IMG/VR virus record: IMGVR_UViG_3300030101_003566
Span: 1-57,967 of that record
Origin: a virus
Lineage: Duplodnaviria > Caudoviricetes
Strand: one strand, 5' to 3'
Length of the DNA: 57,967 nt
Shown: in pieces, positions 53,870 to 57,967 of the stretch
Numbering within the stretch: the stretch's first letter is position 1
Layout of the letters: every line of letters begins with the position of its first letter
Notes under the pieces: model-generated
What the model was told of the DNA's origin: nothing
The model's database searches: none
Seen by the model: the letters and a program-made list of their open reading frames with translations, nothing else
Program-made: the position numbers and the translations under genes

Positions 53870-55433
53870 AATATTTGGGCCACCAGGCACAGGTAAAACG
53901 CACACTTTAATTGAGAGAGTTTTAAAAGGACATCTCAAACGTGGTGTACATCCCAATGACATAGCTTTCATATCTTTTACCAACAAAGCAGTGAACACGG
54001 CACGAGATAGAGCATTAGCTGCTTTTCCACAATTCACTACAGACGACTTTATGCGTTTTAAAACCTTACATAAATATTGTCGTAGGTATTTTCAAGAGGA
54101 AGTGTTTGATCCTAAAAATTGTATGTTGGATTATGCCATGGAGGCTAAGATCATTAAGACCTCTGACAATCGTTTGGCCGATGACAACTTCACTTATAAA
54201 GATTGGTCATTGGGTGTCTATGACAAAGCCAGAAACATGTTAGAAGATCCACGGCTCGTGTATAAAAAAGAATCTTATAAAAAAGATAACATGGACGTTT
54301 ATCTTAGAAAGATTGCAACTTATGAACATTATAAAAAAGATTCATTTATAGACTTCACCGACATGATACAACGTGCTATAGATGAGGTAGAGTTTCCGCC
54401 CCTCAAAGTGTTAATACTTGATGAGGCACAAGACTTCACACCATTGCAGTGGTCAGTCATATATAAAATATCCGAGAATGTTAAACGTATTTACTTAGCA
54501 GGGGATGATGACCAAGGTATTTATAAATGGAACGGAGCAGATCCTAAATACTTCACCACATACTTTCCTGGTAGGCATATTGTATTGAGAAAAACCAGAC
54601 GATTTGGTGAGGCCATACATCACTTTTCACAAATAATACGAAGAGGTATTTATGATACTGTACCTAAAGATTATGATTATCAAGACAAAGACGGTTTTGT
54701 TAAAAGATATTTGAGTTTTAGTGAAATACCGGTAGGTGAAACACCTGGCACATGGTACATATTAGGTCGAGTAAACTCTACAGTAAATGAATTACGCATG
54801 TGTGCTAAAGAAGCGGGTTTGTATTTTTCAAACAATAAAGGTAATAAGTCTTTTGATGATAAACAATGGAATGCAATCAAGGCTTGGACTGCGATAAGTA
54901 ATAGCAAATCAATTACCAGAGATCACGCAGAAAATATGTATCGCTATATTCGTGACCTTAAAGAAATAGCTTTTCGACAACCTAAATTTTGGATGAGAGA
55001 ACCAAACACACAAACTTATACTTTTGAGCATTTGCAAGAATGGTGTGGTTTAGATTTACCTGATGAAGCCAAAGCATTGTCTTGGTGGCAAATATTGCAA
55101 AGAAATTTCAAACCAGAGCAAGTTAATTACTTTGTGCGTTTACTAAAAAGGTACGGTCAAAAAACATTAGACGACTCTCCTAAAATTATTATTGATACCA
55201 TACACTCTGTTAAAGGTGGTGAAGCTGATAATGTTTTATTGTATTCAAAAACTAACTGGCCTTCTGCTTTTAGTAATAAAAATTTAGAAGAACAAGCAGA
55301 TGAGAAAAGAGTTTATTACACAGGGGCTACTCGTGCTCGTGACACTTTGCATTTACTTTCAACTGATCATCGTTACAACTACCCCATGGGGCAAGATTAT
55401 TTAATTTACTTACAGGAGAAACAGAATGGCTAA
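53805..55433 (+). CDS. UvrD/Rep-like SF1 helicase
   Basis: GPPGTGKT, SFT, DEAQD, GDDDQ, TIHSVKGGE, YTGATRAR. Confidence 0.92.
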   Translation: MINTMISSGIQKQKAIYHKTLKIFGPPGTGKTHTLIERVLKGHLKRGVHPNDIAFISFTNKAVNTARDRALAAFPQFTTDDFMRFKTLHKYCRRYFQEEVFDPKNCMLDYAMEAKIIKTSDNRLADDNFTYKDWSLGVYDKARNMLEDPRLVYKKESYKKDNMDVYLRKIATYEHYKKDSFIDFTDMIQRAIDEVEFPPLKVLILDEAQDFTPLQWSVIYKISENVKRIYLAGDDDQGIYKWNGADPKYFTTYFPGRHIVLRKTRRFGEAIHHFSQIIRRGIYDTVPKDYDYQDKDGFVKRYLSFSEIPVGETPGTWYILGRVNSTVNELRMCAKEAGLYFSNNKGNKSFDDKQWNAIKAWTAISNSKSITRDHAENMYRYIRDLKEIAFRQPKFWMREPNTQTYTFEHLQEWCGLDLPDEAKALSWWQILQRNFKPEQVNYFVRLLKRYGQKTLDDSPKIIIDTIHSVKGGEADNVLLYSKTNWPSAFSNKNLEEQADEKRVYYTGATRARDTLHLLSTDHRYNYPMGQDYLIYLQEKQNG

Positions 55434-57300
55434 AGGACTACAGCTAAATTTTAATTTTAAAAAAAGTATTTGGTCGGCACCAAGTGAGTATAAAGATTTA
55501 AGTGGTTATGATGAAATCGCCATTGACTTAGAAACTCGTGATGATGGTATTAACACTGGTATGGGTGCAGGTTGGGCTACTAAGTCTGGAGAGATTGTTG
55601 GCTTTGCTGTTGCTGTCTCTGGTTGGCAAGGTTATTTTCCGTTTGGTCATTTGGGTGGCGGTAACTTAATTAAAGAACAAGTATTAAGTTACATGAAAGA
55701 AGTTTGTTCGTTACCAGGAATTAAGATATTTCACAATGCTCAGTATGATGTGGGTTGGTTACTGGCATCAGGCATCAAGGTGCACGGCACAATTGTAGAC
55801 ACCATGGTAGCAGGGGCACTAATTGATGAGAACAGATACAGCTATGCCCTCAACAGTTTATCTAAAGATTATTTAGGTGAACTCAAAGCTGAAACAGAGT
55901 TGGTGGAAGCTGCCCAACAGCATGGGGTAGACCCCAAAGGTGAGATGTGGAAGTTACCAGCAGAGCATGTTGGTTTCTACGCAGAGCAAGACGCACGGCT
56001 CACGCTTATGTTGTGGCAAAGATTTAAGGTAGAAATACATAGTCAAAACTTAGATACGATTTGGCAGTTAGAACAAAAACTTTTACCTTCATTAATTGAA
56101 ATGCGTATGCGTGGCATTAGAGTTGATGTTGATAAAGCGGTGCAACTTGAAAAAGAATTTGCTCACCGTGAAAAAGATTTACTTAAAAAGATTAAAAAAT
56201 TATCAGGTATTGAAGTTGACATTTGGGCAGCCAGACAAATAGGTCATGCTTTTGATAAGCTAGGCATTGATTATCCAAAAACACCTAAGTCTGGAGAACC
56301 CAGTTTCACGCAAGGTTGGTTAACAAACTCACCTCATGATATCAGTAAATTAATTGTTCAGGCTAGAGAGATTAACAAATTTCAAGGCACGTTTATAAAT
56401 TCAATATTAAAATATGAGCATAAAGGGCGTATTCATGGCGAGATAAAACAACTTAAAAGTGAACAAGGTGGCACAGTCAGTGGTCGCTTGGCCATGTCTA
56501 ATCCTAATTTACAACAATTACCTGCCAGATCAAAAGAGTTTGGACCTGTCATTAGAAGTCTATTTTTACCTGAGCAAGATTGTCAGTGGGGTAGTTTTGA
56601 TTATTCGCAACAAGAACCAAGGATTGTGGTGCACTATGCGTCATCGGTGGGTGATGGCTTAGGCGGTTCACGAGAACTTACAGAAGCGTACAAAAAAGAT
56701 GATGCAGACTTTCATCAAACAGTTGCGGATTTAGTTGGTATTGATCGTAAATCTGCCAAGACCATTGGTTTAGGGTTGATGTATGGTATGGGCAAAAACA
56801 AACTAAGTGTCATGTTAGGTGTAAGTAATGAAAAAGCACATGAGCTTATCGATATGTATAATAAAAAAGTGCCATTTGTAAAAGAGCTATCTGATATGTG
56901 TATGCACAAAGCTAATAATGAAGGAGTCATTCGCACAAAATTAGGACGTAAGTGTCGATTTGACATGTGGGAAACAAAAGACTTTGGGATACATACTCCG
57001 GAAAAGTTTGAGAATGCCTCAGCTAAATACGGACAAGCTAATATCAAACGAGCTTTTACCTACAAAGCATTGAATCGTTTAATCCAGGGCAGTGCAGCGG
57101 ATCAAACTAAACAAGCTGTGGTGGATTGTGTAAATGAAGGTTTTGTGCCTTTATTACAAATACATGATGAGTTGTGTTTCAACATTGAGAGCCAAGAACA
57201 AGTTGATAAAATAAAAAATATTATGGAGACTTGTGTTGAATTAAAAGTGCCGAGTAAAGTTGATGTGGCGTTAGGTGAGAACTTTGGTGACGCTTCATGA
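55426..57300 (+). CDS. polA: DNA polymerase family A with 3'-5' exonuclease
   Basis: DLET and HNAQYD exo motifs; SGRLAMSNPNLQQ; DYSQQEPR; RKSAKTIGLGLMYG; QIHDEL. Confidence 0.96.
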   Translation: MAKGLQLNFNFKKSIWSAPSEYKDLSGYDEIAIDLETRDDGINTGMGAGWATKSGEIVGFAVAVSGWQGYFPFGHLGGGNLIKEQVLSYMKEVCSLPGIKIFHNAQYDVGWLLASGIKVHGTIVDTMVAGALIDENRYSYALNSLSKDYLGELKAETELVEAAQQHGVDPKGEMWKLPAEHVGFYAEQDARLTLMLWQRFKVEIHSQNLDTIWQLEQKLLPSLIEMRMRGIRVDVDKAVQLEKEFAHREKDLLKKIKKLSGIEVDIWAARQIGHAFDKLGIDYPKTPKSGEPSFTQGWLTNSPHDISKLIVQAREINKFQGTFINSILKYEHKGRIHGEIKQLKSEQGGTVSGRLAMSNPNLQQLPARSKEFGPVIRSLFLPEQDCQWGSFDYSQQEPRIVVHYASSVGDGLGGSRELTEAYKKDDADFHQTVADLVGIDRKSAKTIGLGLMYGMGKNKLSVMLGVSNEKAHELIDMYNKKVPFVKELSDMCMHKANNEGVIRTKLGRKCRFDMWETKDFGIHTPEKFENASAKYGQANIKRAFTYKALNRLIQGSAADQTKQAVVDCVNEGFVPLLQIHDELCFNIESQEQVDKIKNIMETCVELKVPSKVDVALGENFGDAS

Positions 57301-57764
57301 AAATAGAAAGAAAATGGGCTATGCCTTCACACAAAACATTTACCATTAAACCGATTAGTCAATTAATACAAGAGGAAATAGGAAAAGATTACTTAGATCC
57401 TTTTCCTTACCCCTTTGAACAAGATGCAATAGAGTATTTACAAAGCGTATCTGATCTGTCAGAAGATTACTGTGTATTTGATCCACCTTATTCCCAATAT
57501 CAATTGAAACTAATGTATAAAGATTTAGGTATTTACTTTCATAATTCAAATGATCAAGACCAAGGAAGAAGAATAACAAAATACTGGTCAAACTGTAAAA
57601 AAGAAATTGTAAGAATTTTAAGACCTGGTGGCAAAGTCATTTCTTTTGGTTGGAATAGTAACGGTATTGGTAAAAAATATGGATTTAAAATTACTCGTAT
57701 TCTTGTGGTCGCTCATGGTGGTCGACACAATGATACAATCTGTACAGTAGAGGTGAAACAATGA
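57297..57764 (+). CDS. Small adenine-specific (amino) DNA methyltransferase-like protein
   Basis: WAMPSHKTFTIKPI...FDPPYS...RILRPGGKVISFGWNS...HGGRHNDTI. Confidence 0.75.
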   Translation: MKIERKWAMPSHKTFTIKPISQLIQEEIGKDYLDPFPYPFEQDAIEYLQSVSDLSEDYCVFDPPYSQYQLKLMYKDLGIYFHNSNDQDQGRRITKYWSNCKKEIVRILRPGGKVISFGWNSNGIGKKYGFKITRILVVAHGGRHNDTICTVEVKQ

Positions 57765-57967
57765 ACCACCTTGATATGTGCTCAGGTATTGGTGGTTGGG
57801 CGATAGCCTTTCGTGAACTAGGCATTAACACTATAGCTTTTTGTGAGATAGAAAAATACCCAAGACAAGTATTGCAAAAAAACTTTCCTGGTGTTCCAAT
57901 ATTTAATGACTTGAAGGAGTTGACTTATGAAGATATCAAAGAAAGAACAGGAGTTGATGGCATTGAC
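57761..57967 (+). CDS. DNA (cytosine-5) methyltransferase, N-terminal part (runs off the window)
   Basis: MNHLDMCSGIGG (motif I), AFCEIEKYPRQVLQKNFP (motif II), FNDL (motif III). Confidence 0.9.
   Translation, partial: MNHLDMCSGIGGWAIAFRELGINTIAFCEIEKYPRQVLQKNFPGVPIFNDLKELTYEDIKERTGVDGID

Noticed and set aside
11267-57591. Many 60-170 aa antisense or alternate-frame ORFs inside large genes (e.g. 41535-42050, 45063-45575, 30002-30439)
   Set aside because: Shadow ORFs of well-supported genes with no recognisable motifs, unlike the 9-599 overlap
1-57967. tRNA or rRNA genes, introns, inteins, alternative genetic code
   Set aside because: None recognised by eye; TerL, PolA and helicases are uninterrupted and of ordinary length in the standard code (tRNAscan and Infernal not run)

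Overview
The window is an almost complete, circularly permuted genome of an AT-rich tailed dsDNA phage with podovirus-type virion genes. Gene content and order resemble marine HTVC023P-type pelagiphages; this assignment comes from recognition, not a database search. A C5 DNA methyltransferase gene runs off the right end and resumes at the left end, with only a short motif IV-V segment missing. Layout: MTases and leftward small genes with a ParB-like protein (1-3.7 kb); an Arm-binding/GIY-YIG fusion, an iteron-like region and terS (3.9-5.4 kb); a 5.6-kb island of small early-type genes, promoters and repeats between terS and terL; head genes (terL, portal, groES, scaffold, capsid); an M15 endolysin and many small Lys-rich proteins; adaptor, tail and fibre genes; two glycosyltransferases; ejection proteins; a membrane/lysis block; and Ugd, exonuclease, SNF2 helicase, SSB-like protein, primase, UvrD, PolA (Leu762) and an adenine MTase. 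No tRNA, CRISPR array or catalytic integrase was seen. Most notable: (i) a promoter- and terminator-bounded ~85-nt RNA with bipartite complementarity to the RBS and start codon of about six early genes; (ii) small basic proteins sharing an xxGG tag with ejection proteins, two of which carry peptide copies of an ejection-protein motif or the capsid N-terminus; (iii) a perfect chromosomal-type parS site; (iv) a C5 MTase whose TRD and motif IX lie in an overlapping reading frame.
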